DNA from: Dimorphilus gyrociliatus
Lineage: Eukaryota > Animalia > Annelida
Assembly: GCA_904063045.1 (NCBI GenBank)
Contig: CAJFCJ010000001.1
Coordinates: 682,001-746,000 of the forward strand
DNA: 64,000 bases
Direction of reading: 5' to 3'
Made by a program: the position numbers and the translations under genes. Below, piece by piece: positions 41,729 to 53,995 of the stretch (position 1 is the first letter of the stretch; each line of letters opens with the position of its first letter). The notes below the pieces were generated by a model. The model worked only from the letters and a program-made list of their open reading frames with translations, had not been told where the DNA came from and did no database searches.

Positions 41729-41793
41729 TGACTAGAGATGACACTCAATGAAATGGGAAAATGTTTACAAAGCATGACTAGATTGTAACACTC
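41729..41793 (-). promoter_or_regulatory. Two miR-279-family 8mer target sites in the Snail 3'UTR
   Basis: The plus strand reads TGACTAGA-GATG-ACACTCA (41729-41747) and TGACTAGAT-TGTA-ACACTC (41775-41793). The minus-strand mRNA is therefore complementary to miR-279 (UGACUAGAUCCACACUCAU) at the seed and 3' region. Confidence 0.75.
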
Positions 41794-41938
41794 CGAAAAA
41801 AAGACACATGGAAAATACAATAACTTTTAACATGAGGTTTTAAAAATATAAAAATCCTAAATGAGGTTAAAAGATAATAATATGCATAAAATATACGGTT
41901 TACAAAATTTTATAACAGCTTGTAGATTTAGGATTTAA

Positions 41939-42549
41939 CTAAAAACTACAAGTTGCTTTATGCCTTATTAATAAGGATAGTCGAGAGAAGGATTTGGAGC
42001 ATACTTGACAGCTATGTTTTTTTACAGTTTCATGAGTTTGAAGATGAGATCTGAGATTTGATCTGTCAGCAAATGCTCTTGAACATCGGTTACACGTAAA
42101 AGGTTTTTCACCGGTATGGGTTCTCATATGTCCTTGCAATAACCAAGGACGAGAGAAGGCTTTATTACAAACTGGACATTTACACGGAAGGGTATGCGTC
42201 TTTACATGCATTTTTAATGCCCCAATTGATTGGTAACCTTTGCCACAAAATTCGCAGAGCTTTTCTTTTTTTTCTTTTACTTCTATATTTCTTTCAATTT
42301 TTGCCAATAAGCTCAAGTTCAAAGCAGCTTTAGTTGGACTCATATCAATTTTAATTGGAATGTTTTCCTTCTCTTCCCAGAATCTCCAGGGTCTAATTCT
42401 CAAATCAAGAGGTTCTTCTGTGAGAATTAAATACGTATTAAAACAATATCTTTAATGTAAGAATAAAAATGAAAAATCTTACCTATAGACTCGCAAAAGT
42501 CATAAAGAAGGTTTCTCCTCGGAACACCGATCATCTCCGAACAAGACAT
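41939..42549 (-). CDS. snail: Snail-family C2H2 zinc-finger repressor (4 fingers)
   Basis: [42 protein letters not shown]...[15 protein letters not shown] is diagnostic. A phase-1 intron joins MSCSEM...ESI to EEPLDLR. Start codon tentative. Confidence 0.9.
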
Positions 42550-42877
42550 TGCGACCAAGTACACAGAACTGAACTGATGTACAAAGAAATCTTCGATTTT
42601 ATTTTCAAGTGCGCGGGCTAAATTGTCCAATCGGAATACAGAACCATTGTGAGCCTCCTGGAAATTTTGAGCAAAACCGACCTAATTCCCTGAGAAAACC
42701 AATTGTATGATTTATAACCAGAATGGTGTATGTCGTTTAATGTAAGGGTATTTTAGGAGGCGGTGAATTGTTCTTTATTTTGTCAGCTGATCATCTGTAT
42801 CTTGAACAGGAACGAACTAAACGACATACGATTATTTAGCGCCCTTATGCTATTTTAGCCATTATTCCGGGAAGGGG

Positions 42878-43155
42878 CAGGTGCAATACACAAAGGTCTT
42901 TCTTTCGATCCGCACTTGAGGACCAAAGCTATTATGAAATATTAACTGAGAATAGTCGTTGAAATATGATCATAAACTCTAAAAATGTAATATTTATTGA
43001 CTATTAATACTTTTATGAATAATTTGCTCGATTTGTTCACTTTTACATTAGAAATTCAAAGATGGGAAAGTAGATTTTACGTCATGAACAAAGAGTTTCA
43101 AAAGGCTGTAACGGCGCGTGCCAAATAGGGTGCCCGCACCTGTTCCTATCACCTG
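42878..43155. promoter_or_regulatory. Cluster of CAGGTG/CACCTG E2-boxes upstream of Snail
   Basis: Sites at 42878-42883, 43137-43142 and 43150-43155. Confidence 0.5.
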
Positions 43156-43554
43156 TCGGGTTATTTTTTCCTAGCATACAAGAAGATATATTTATAGGGG
43201 TCGTCCCCTCTTTCTTCTGTCTAGAAATCAGACATGCGTGAAGAATGAATTCGAATCAACCCATGCTTTTGTCCATAGAGAAAGGTTCGACCAATTTTAT
43301 GCCAAGTTTTCCTAAAGAAGAGAAAGAAGTAGTTTAAGTCAAAGATAAAGACACAAAATTTGAACCTATTATGAATAAATTTAACAACTTCACAAAATTA
43401 AGTAGTCAAAAATTAAGCTAACTATCAATAAGCCATTATAAATTCAAAAGTCTATTTATTTGTAAAATTTATTATTTTAAATTTCGCGCGAAACACGAGG
43501 CTGTTTTATTAACCAATCAAAAGCGATTGATATTTTCGACTCACCCACGAAAGA

Positions 43555-43571
43555 TTTCCTCTTCCTTTTCC
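43555..43571 (+). promoter_or_regulatory. 5'-TOP-like polypyrimidine initiator of RPL34
   Basis: TTTCCTCTTCCTTTTCC followed by a short non-coding exon with donor CTG|GTACGT at 43588/43589, typical of ribosomal protein genes. Confidence 0.7.
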
Positions 43572-43731
43572 GCACCGTATCAACACTGGTACGTGTTTTG
43601 CCTACTTCTTGTATTAATCTCTAAAAATCTCCCTATTATCTTATAGTTAAAATTCAATTTTATGGGGAAATGATAGTTTTGATAATTGTCAATTATTACA
43701 TATTTCATATTGGAATACTTATTTTCAGAAA

Positions 43732-44256
43732 ATGGTGCAACGATTAACGTTTAGAAGGCGCCTCAGCTACAACACTAAATCTAACAGAAGAAAGATGTAA
43801 GTAGGGAAATGCGCTTTTATAGTGTTGCTTATTTTGAAGATCAACGTTTAATCATCCCTATTTCATTAGCGTTAAGACTCCAGGCGGTCGACTCGTTTAT
43901 CACTACAAGAAGAAGCCGGGTACCCTCCCAAAATGCGGTGACTGTAAAGTTAAATTGCATGGTATCACACCAAGCAGACCGATGGAGAGACAGTCGATGA
44001 CAAAGCGTCTAAAGACCGTTTCTAGAGTTTACGGTGGATCTAGATGCCATCATTGCGTACGAAACAGGTGAGTTTATTAAAACATATTTTCTATGAGTAT
44101 AGACTCAGAATATTAAATTGAAAATGAAATAACCAACACATTTTATATATTTTCAGAATTGTCCGAGCTTTTTTGATTGAAGAACAAAAGATTGTCGTAA
44201 AAGTTATCAAAGCTCAGCAGAAATCGCAAGGAACGTCTTCAAAAAAGAAAAAGTAA
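43732..44256 (+). CDS. RPL34: 60S ribosomal protein L34
   Basis: Not in the ORF track. Three exons 43732-43796, 43870-44067 and 44157-44256 give MVQRLTFRRRLSYNTKSN...VKTPGGRLVY...[29 protein letters not shown]. Confidence 0.97.
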
Positions 44257-44879
44257 ACTCTTTATAAGCTGTGCGTTGCAGTTTTTTGTTCTTGTGGTTG
44301 GTAATACCTCAATACACGACGTACTGAAGATATAAATGCAATGTTTTCACGATACATTTAAAAATCTCAAATTATACCGAAGGCAGAAGTACTTTTTAGG
44401 ACATGCTTTGCAAATGTGCGAACATACTAAAATAGACAATAACCATTTAGAAATATTTCAATTATTAGACCATAATGCCATTAAACAGTTTGTTTTGATT
44501 TGCTTTTCTTCAAAATCTTCATGAGACCACAATTAAATTCCCTATTTATTTCACATAAAAATTCCTTGTCAACATTCAAGATGTGAAAGGGCCGTTATCA
44601 TTATTACACTTATTCTTATAGCCTGTCTGCAACAATATTCGTCAAGACACCCCCATATTAAACGAAAGCAATACGTTGATAATGAAAATACAGCTCCGGA
44701 GGTTCTATTTTTAATTAAACGTTTAAATTCCCAAGTAAGACTTGAAATTACTAGAGAGCTATGATAAAAAAGAAAATAACTCCATGTCTGTACCGGAATT
44801 TAAATAAAAAAGCAAAGCTTTTAAGCAAAGCCGATAGATGGCAGCATGGAAGGTCAATGAAGGTTATTCGAAAAACAAA

Positions 44880-45767
44880 ATGGCGAGTGCAAAGAACTTT
44901 TCGATGAAACTTGCGAAAAATATCTTGAAACCGGCTTTTCTTCAAAGCCGATTTGCTGCTACTGTAGCACCTCGCATGAAGACCTTTAAAATCTATCGAT
45001 ACGATCCTGACAAGCCTGGTAGCAAACCTTATATGTCTACATATGAAATTGATTTGAATACTTGTGGCCCTATGGTGTTGGATGCACTTATAAAGATCAA
45101 AAATGATGTAGATCCAACTCTGACGTTCCGAAGATCTTGCAGAGAGGGAATCTGCGGCTCTTGCTCTATGAATATCGAAGGAGGAAATACTTTAGCTTGT
45201 CTTTGCCCGATAACAGAGCCTTCGAAGACGACAAAAATTTACCCTCTTCCCCATATGTATGTTGTAAAAGATCTTGTTCCTGACATGAATAACTTCTATG
45301 CTCAGTACAAGTATATCGAACCTTACTTAAAGAAGAAGGACGCGAAAGAAGCTGGTGAGGAACCCTACTTCCAAAGTCCTGAAGATAGAGCTAAATTGGA
45401 CGGCATGTACGAATGTATTCTTTGTGCTTGTTGTTCTACTGCTTGTCCATCTTACTGGTGGAACGGTGACAAGTACCTAGGACCCGCCGTTATTATGCAG
45501 GCATACAGATGGATCATGGACTCTAGAGATGACTTCACTAAGGAAAGATTGGAAAAATTGGATGATAAGTGGTCGATGTATAGGTAAGTTCTCGAAATAA
45601 TTAATATTTTTGATATTTTAACATTTTATTAATTTCTTTTTAGATGTCACACAATTATGAATTGCACTAAAACCTGCCCAAAACACTTAAATCCTGGAGC
45701 AGCCATAGGCGAATTAAAGAAACTTATGATGGGTTCGAAATCTGAAGGTATCCCTTATCAGAACTGA
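44880..45767 (+). CDS. SDHB: Succinate dehydrogenase iron-sulfur subunit
   Basis: [30 protein letters not shown] and YR|[13 protein letters not shown] across intron 45584-45643. An in-frame upstream ATG also exists at 44838. Confidence 0.97.
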
Positions 45768-45915
45768 TCTAGTGTTGTATTTTTTGTTTGACAACACTCG
45801 TATTAAACGTTATATATAGAATTGACAATAGTATCACAGCTATTTATAAATGGACGGATAAGTGGACAAACAAAAAAACAAACTGCAAATTCTAAACTGA
45901 TATAATAACAAATCT

Positions 45916-48208
45916 TCATTGCGGTAGATTAGCTTGCGCTTCGAGAAACAATAGTTGATCAACAAGAAAACAATCGCGCGTTTTATTAGGAGAGAGACGG
46001 GATAGGTTATCCATTATTATCTTTTCGTCTGTTGTTTTCACTTCTTTTCCGTATCCTCTAGCTTCTTTCAAATAAGCATAAACTCTATTGAAAACAGACT
46101 CCGATAATTTTTTTATACATTCTCTAAAATTGTTGAAAAATCATATATAGTTCATCAGTAGCAACTAGATATCATGTAGTTATCACTTACGTTCGTAGAC
46201 TGATTATTCTCTGATTTCTTGCTATTGGCCCATATGCTCCTGTTGCATCATCAGCCAAAGTTATAGTACTGACTGAAAATATTTTTTTAAAAGTCAATGA
46301 AGTCCTTAAAACAAATCCTGATAACTACCTGTATCATTACATAAAGCATCCTCCAAGACGTTGATTAAATCTTCGTCAGCTCCAGACAATGGTTGAACAG
46401 TTTGAAGTAAAGTTCCTTCATTTTCATCATCTGAGTCGCTTTCGAATTCCTCGTATTGCGAGTAATACGTATTCGCCATTTCTGCATCATCTGGCTTTCC
46501 ATCCTTGAAATCTAAAGATGATACTTCTTTGTTATAGACTGTCCTATCTTTCATAGGTGTAATAGGTCTATCATCTGCTTGAGATCTCAGAATAGGTTCG
46601 GTCAAAAACACTGGAGGAGCCCTTTGAAGAGTGTCCTCATCAGAGCTATCGGAATCGTCAGAATCTCTTGTAGGTACATTATAAGAATCTGTTAAGGAGA
46701 TATAAGAGAATAACTTCAAATCGGTTAGACCTATGATTAAAATATTTTGCTTACATGACGCAGTTTTCGCACGGATATATTCAACTGGTTTACGTTCCGA
46801 TTGCTCCTTAAAAAGCTTTAAAAGATAATAGCAAATTTTGTAACTTATCATAAATAGCTAAAAAAAAACTAACATTTATGTTACTATAATAGGGATTCTG
46901 ACTCTCGCGAACTTTTTCATATTGTGCTTTGTTATCCTTTAATTGTTGGATTTGAGCATTACGTATCCTCTCCGCTTCAGCGTCTGCTCTCTGCATTTTT
47001 TTTAAACGTAAGCGATCTTTGTTGTTGAGATTCCTCATCTTTTTATCTTCAGACTCAATAACAACTTCTCCGTATTTTTTCTTTTGTTTACTATTACAAA
47101 AGACATAATTAGCTAATTTAGCTAATTTATATTTATACAACTCACAATGCTTTGGCTATTTCTTTCTGTTCCTCAAATATAATGTGAGATGATTTTTTTT
47201 CTTTTGACGCTTCTACGATAGTATCTTTTATCTTTTCCATTTGCTTCGTTATAAATGGTAGCTTCAACAATTCTTTAGACGACGGACGTTCGCTTGGATT
47301 TTTTTTGAGTATCCTGCAAGTTAGCATAAAAGCTTTATCAAATTAAAAAAATGATCATTTATCTTACAATTCGAACACTGATCGCAAATCTGTGGAGTAA
47401 TTTGAAGACCAATCGGGAGTATCACCCTCAACAATTTTATACATTACTCCCATCATGCTTTCTCCATCAAACGCGTGTTTTAAATGAATTAATTCATATA
47501 GTATGCAACCAATCGACCAGATATCGCTTTTAGCATTGTAGCCTTGATGTTTAAGTACTTCGGGGCTCATATAGTAGGGGGTTCCGGTAAAAGTTGAAGC
47601 CATATCGCTTGTTCCTATTAAAATTCTTGAAATACCAAAATCTCCAACTTTCAACTTTCCTTTTTTAATAAAAATGTTCCTAGTTTTCAGATCTCGGTGC
47701 ATAACACCTCTACCATGCATATACTGAACGGCTAATAGCAATTGAATTAGATATTCTACTACTATGGGCTCTGGAAACTTTTTTCCTTCTTTTTTATACT
47801 CTTTTATCTTTTGGTCCAAGTCACCACCTTCACAGTACTCAGTAACAATACAATAGCAATCACTATCCAAAAAAGAATCATGAAATCTAACAATTCCTGG
47901 GTGATTTAAGTTTCTTAGCAGAGTAGCCTCTCGATCAACGTCAAACGTTTCATCATTATCCATGTCCGGGCACGAAATTTCTTTTAATACTTTTCTTTAT
48001 AGGATAAATAAACTTAGAATACAATATATTGCAATATTATTTTTAATATTTACAATTTTTCGTCTGGAATCTTGCATTTTGCGTCAGTTACTAACCAGAC
48101 AGTCCCGAAAGATCCTTTACCCAATTTCCTTTCTGCATGATACCTATTGGCAAACACTCTTTTGACCTTCTTCTTTGCACTTTTCGGCAATTCTCTTGGA
48201 AGACTCAT
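45916..48208 (-). CDS. NEK11: NIMA-related kinase 11
   Basis: KLGKGSFGTVWLV, HRDLKTRNIF, GDFGISRIL, FTGTPYYMSPE, and a NEK11-type tail VYAYLKEAR...DCFLVDQLLFLE (stop 45916-45918). Confidence 0.9.
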
Positions 48209-48641
48209 GCTATTGTTAAAATTGTTGTAAATTTCTTTCTACAAAAGAAATGTATTGTTGCTAACCTTTCCTAATCAATAGAGGTCTCGCATTTTAGTTA
48301 ACAATTGAAAATATTCTGGGGAGAATTATTAGAAATCTATCAGATCAATGAAGAAACAACCGATAGAGAGTGTCCTCTAGTAACATTAATGAACCACCTG
48401 TACTAAACTTTGTACGGAATTTCTGCTTCAACTTGATAAACGGAAATACAATGTCCAACGCCATCTGTAACTCAGTCTGGTACCCGGTTTATTTGAAAAT
48501 AAACAGGTTTGTTAAATGTCTTATTTAAACAGAGATTTATTTGAAACTTTTCAATTTATACTATTTTTATAAAGATAAACGTATAATCTGTATATATGTA
48601 TATCTATGTTTTATCACGTATTAAGAGTTACGAGTTATTTT

Positions 48642-50221
48642 CTATCTCTTTTTCCTGTAAAAGTAAAAGTAAAGTAAAAATTAGAAATAGTCAGAAGGAA
48701 CTTGGTAAATAATTTTTACAAACCATGTGAAACTTCTCCTAGCACCCCATTTTCCTGGCTTCTTTCTTTCTTTTACTCTAGGATCTATCGTAAGTAAACC
48801 GGATATCCTCATTTTCTCAATTGTTTCTTTTTCAACAAAACTTTGCAATGCTGACGATATAGCTAATCTTATGGCTCCTGCCTGACCACTAGGTCCACCG
48901 TGATAAACTTCAGCTTTTATATCTACTTTTCCTAAGAAACCAGATACTAGTAATGGAAAAATTAACTGTTCTCGATCGTCCAATCTTGGAAAATAAGTAA
49001 GTAGATCTTGATTATTTATTGTAATTTCTCCACTTCCTTCTGTCCATAGTTTTACTTCTGCCATAGCAGTTTTCCTACTGCCAGACGCCTGAGCAAACGT
49101 TCTACCCGATTCATCTTTTTGTAAAATACTCGGTTCTAAAAAAAGGCTTTGGCTTTTGAGAGGTTTTCGATATTTCAAAATAAAATCCTTAACAGCATAC
49201 GCATGTGTTTGCTTAGAAAGCCGATCAAGCAGACGAATGAGTCTTGCGTACTTAAATTCATCAATGGTTTCAGTTAAAAGTGCTTCAAATTCTCTATAGC
49301 TTAACCATTCAGTGGCAGACAAATTAAGAAATTTATCAGGAGAGACTGTTTTTTTGGACTTAATAATTTCATCTTCAAAACATTTCAAAAATTCCATTTT
49401 TTCAACAATTTCCTATAGAATATTATAGTTGAAAACAGTATTACTTCATGTAAAAGTACTTACGTGTAATAACTCGAAATAATTTGGTTGTCGCGTATAG
49501 AAGAAATTATGAAACGGTCTGCCATCCATATCAAACTGGGCAGCTGTGATTTAAATGGAAGATTAATAAAATGTAAATACACATCAAACAAATAATCACC
49601 CTTTCTCTTTGGTATAACTTCTGATGGTGGTTTTAGTTTAGGTCTGGCTTTTGGATTAAGGAGACCCGACGGAAATAAATACTCGATTGCTCTCTTTAAA
49701 CAAAAGATAATTTACGAACTTCTCTAAAAGATTTTCATTTCTTTACTTACATCTATTTCATCTTGACTTATATTGTCGGGATCCAAATCCATTATTCTAG
49801 CCAGATGCCTTTTTCCAATTTCAAATTGCTTTTCTTCTTTCGCAAGAAACTCGTCTAAAGGTAAGATGACAATTTGTTACTTTGTAATAGTAATTATTAA
49901 TAACTTGAATATACCATGAGCTTTGGCATTTTCTAGGTATAACTTCATGGCTTGACTAATCTTTTTCGCTTTATACGATCCAGCATTTCCTATGGCTTCG
50001 TTTTCTGATGAGGTACCGTAAGTATTTTTTAAAAGCGATATCTAAAATAAACGGCAAGGACATTGATTTTCATTTTATCGCTCAACACAAAATCAATTTT
50101 ACAAAAATTGCTTATGCAGATATGTATTAATTATTGTCGTTCTATTTACCTGTAAAATAGAAAATGGGTTTTCAAAATATACACGGCAAAACTTGCGTGG
50201 AACAAGAACTTGTTTCAACAT
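48642..50221 (-). CDS. MRPS9: Mitochondrial ribosomal protein S9 (uS9m)
   Basis: RKTAMAEV, GGPSGQAGAIRLAIS, LLTIDPRVKERKKPG...FTW|KKR*. Upstream exons carry GKRHLARIM and LFPSGLL. Confidence 0.93.
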
Positions 50222-50415
50222 TTGTAGTTCGATCTTGTGAACAACGTGATTTCATAACAGATGGCGCTATAATCGAAAAATTTATAGGCCTGTTTGAATA
50301 GGATAAGAAAAACACAACTTTTATTAACTGTACAAGTTTATTTTCTAATCTTACAACAACTATCCAAAAACAGCAAGAAGTTATAAAATATCAAAAGTAA
50401 ACAGATGTAAACACA

Positions 50416-53400
50416 CTATGTGTCAATTAGTTCTGGCACCATGTCAACAAGCCTAGCATAAGGCGACTCGTTTTGACCACAGCAAATAGTTATACACTTT
50501 CCATTTTGCCTCATTGTTCTCATAGCTGCGTGGCAAGCAGAGACAGTGACATTTTTACAATAATTCACCTCTAAGATAGTGAGCAGTGGAACGCTGAAAA
50601 GCCCATTCAATACCTTATCAGTTATACAAGGGCAACCCGTAAGACCAACATGGGAGAGAGTTTCTGCGTCTGCTAATTGTCCAAGAATATCATCTGTTAT
50701 ATTTGGACAATACGTCAATTCTAGCTTTACTAGAATATTCATGTATCGAACAATAGAGCCGAGAACACTATCAGTAACTTCAGTACCATTTAGTGCTAAA
50801 CCTGAAACTATTTTCAAGCTGGAAGTGTGCGAAATTGGTGGTATAATCATTTTTAATGTGTCGTCATTTAAACCATCTATCCAGCTTAAATCTAGGGTTC
50901 TAAGACGAGTGACAGGAACGCTTCGAAGAGCCGAGCAAGCTGCAACAGAATTAGAGGATAAAAAGAGATGCTCCAAACAGGGCAGGCGCTTTAGGAGCCA
51001 TTCTAATTGTACTCTAGAAATATTTGTGCTGGTTAAATTTAAAGCTGATGGCTGTCTTCGAATTATTCCCGTAAGCATATTTCGTGAAAGGCATTTCTGA
51101 TTGACGTTGATGTAGTACCAAAACCTCCGATCAACTGTCCATTTGCAAAACGTTTTACAACAGGACATGATATTAACCATGGATTTTGAGTCCAGAAATC
51201 CAAAGATAGTTTGCCATAGATTTCTATCTAAAACATGGTTCTTTCCATCCTCCAATTCCACATATAACGGAGGTGGGGTAATAGGAGCAGGCCTTACAAC
51301 GAATTTTGGTTTTTCTTCTTCTACTTTAGATCGACTTTTTTTGTCAGCTGGTCTGGCCTTTAAGTAATCGTTGAAGGATAGCATTTTCGTACACTTGGGA
51401 GTCGGCGGCGTATTTACAGTTGGCAATATTGGCATCAGAACAGGTGGAGGAATCTTATTCTCTTTACCAATTCGACGTTTTTCTTCTATAGGTTTGCCAT
51501 CACATCTAATGCATTCGGGGCACCTCCAACAAGCGGGCATATCATCACAAAGACTACCACAAGGTAAATCGCTATCTTTGCTTGACAAACAGCGTGGATG
51601 GGAGATTTTCCAACAAATAGAACACTCCATTAGTAGATCATTAGCCTCTTTTATATCGTCCAAGCAAGCAGGAGCTTCTCTCCCATCACCGGATTCACAA
51701 AGGTGGCAAATGGCCGTTGATGGTAATAAAGGCACCATACACTGTCTCGACACACAGGTTTGCTTCATTCTTCCTAAACCACCAAACTTTCTCATATCTC
51801 GGCAAAAATGGCATTCACCGCAATCTGTTCGAGTACAAGGTTCACATTTCTTGCAGCGAACTCTTCGATGTTGAGGTCCCTTTGACTTATCTCCGCTACC
51901 TTGATCAACTCCCGCAGACGAGGGAGAGCTCTGAGAGACTCGACTGCCCCCTCGTCCCCTTTTCAATGAATTTGGTACTCGTGAAGCTGCTCGTGGCCTC
52001 TATAAAAGCAATGAAACTATTAAACATTAATTTAACGTTTTGAATAAAGTGTCTTACTTTATTGAAGGTCCAACTGAGAATAGGTTCGTTTGTTATAGCT
52101 AGGTCTGCGGCGTCATTTCTATGATTATCTAGTAAATCCTGTAGAAAATCAAAACAACTGGTAATTTCATTGTCTTGAAAAAAACTAAATCAAAATTATA
52201 CCTGTAGCTTTTTCAACAACAGCTGCGCGTTATGAAATTCAATAGGAACTCGTGCTGCAGCAAAATTTGATTTCTCAAGCCATTCAATTAAGCACTCCAA
52301 TCCTTCTAGTTCAAAAGTTGTTAAATATATTTTCATAGGTACTTTATTATTTTCATCTTTTATAGTGGCTTTTTCAGTCTTCGGCTCTTCTTCAGTTTGA
52401 TCGTTTTCGCCCTTAGTTTCTTTCTTAATTTCTTTTTTGCAACTTCCGTTTTCAGGAAGAGAAGATGTACTTTTAGCCATAGGACTCGTTGTTGGGGTTT
52501 TCTTTTCAGTATCTGTCTCTTCGCCGGAGGTTTCTTTAACAGGAGTCAGAGGAGGGTTCAATAATGCACCACAATATCTTTTCACGGCATACCACATGAT
52601 TTCAGTAAAAAAAGAATAATTAAATTTGTCGTAGATTCGCTTCTCTAGTTCAGCAATTTTTATTTGTTGAGGTATACTAAAACTATGAAGAAAATTTCCA
52701 CTGAATACAAGCGAGTCTTCCTCAGAGTAGATGGCATGAATCCATCCTGTTTCAAAACGAAAATTTAATCTTTATATTATAATTATTGATTTGCATAAAA
52801 AATAACAAAAAATCTAGAATATCTACAAACCACTTGGTAATAGAAACGTTTGCCCTTCTTTCAAAGTAAATTTCTGACATTCTTTTCCTTTTTCTGCAAA
52901 AAATTCCTGTTTTCCAGATTTCACCCATTTTTCAAAAGCATCAAGGTTGTATTGTGTTGGAGGTAAAATCCAAAAAATTTTCGATCCATGTAGTACGTGA
53001 TACCAGGTTGAGCAACCACTCATATCAATATGAAAATCTCCAAAACAGCCCTTGACGGACATAGCACAGAATTTTTGAACTTTTGGTAGTCGATTTCTAT
53101 CAGGTATACTTGTATTTTCTTCATTTTGAGAATCCCTTTGATGAATAGGCCATACGCAATTAGCCCAGTCAATTTGTTGAACTGCTGTTGGAGCTTCTAC
53201 GTAAGTTGATAATTTCGTGTGGGTAAACTCTAGCGAAGTAACACTAAATTTCTTTTTCACTTTTTCGGGGCGAACATAATACTCAACCCAATCTTTAACC
53301 ATCATTATGAACGAAGAACGAGTATCGCTGTCCACAACGTTTAAGGTTCTCAATGAGCCAACACATGCTTTAACATCAGCAACAGTAAAGTTTTGACTAG

Positions 53401-53692
53401 GCACTCTTAATCCCAGACCACTTTTATCATTGATTGAAATGGGCTTTGTAAAGCCGTTCTTTTGGAAATAAGCTAAATTTAGTTCCGATCCGGATAAATT
53501 GATAACATTATGTGCTTGGTATTGGCTAGCCAACTTATCCTCGATTTTATAATTGACAGACAATGGTACTGCCTTTTTGCCACCGTCGGCATTCTAGTAT
53601 ATGGAGATTACTTTTTAGAGTTATTTCGTACAAAACGAAAATAAAGAACTTACTGAAACTGATGCCGATCTCCCGTTTTCTTCACCGTCCAT
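50416..53692 (-). CDS. KDM2: JmjC-CXXC-PHD-F-box-LRR histone demethylase (FBXL10/11)
   Basis: JmjC DFHID...WIHAIY, CXXC RCKKCEPC...FGG.G.MKQTC, PHD LMECSICWKISHPRC, F-box-like WQTIFGFL and AMN1-type LRRs. Confidence 0.93.
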
Positions 53693-53995
53693 CGACTTTC
53701 AAGCTAACTAGAATGATCTTTTGTAAAAATCCTTTATAATTGTGAATTAGCTATTAAATTCATAAGAAATAAAGCCGAAAAGCTGTAAAAAATGTAAAAA
53801 AGACATTCGTCGATATTAATCACCCAACACTGCTCTAACTAACCTATGTGTTAGGATGTTCTATTGTATTTAGGTAGCCCCTATCGCGCTACAGTTTCTA
53901 TATTATAGTTTTCTCCACGACAACAGGCAAAAAACACAAAATATTTCATTGCGCATGTGCAATCCTCCATAAGAAATCTCAAATCTATTAGAAAA

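Noticed and set aside
41729-41793. The elements as plus-strand miR-279 genes
   Set aside because: There is no complementary arm to form a hairpin, and the position in the Snail 3'UTR on the opposite strand fits target sites.
41832-41868. Repeated ATGAGGTT as let-7 sites in the Snail UTR
   Set aside because: It mismatches the let-7 seed (would need TGAGGTA), and I could not assign another miRNA.
43260-43310. GGTTCGA T-loop-like sequence, also GTTCAAAT at about 54047
   Set aside because: No cloverleaf stems or A-box, so not a tRNA.
43589-43728. snoRNA in the RPL34 first intron
   Set aside because: No complete C box/D box pair or H/ACA structure is visible.
50579-52043. Long plus-strand ORFs antisense to KDM2, and similar shadow ORFs over the kinases, SVOP and EEPD1
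   Set aside because: These are antisense shadows of GC-richer coding exons with no recognisable motifs.
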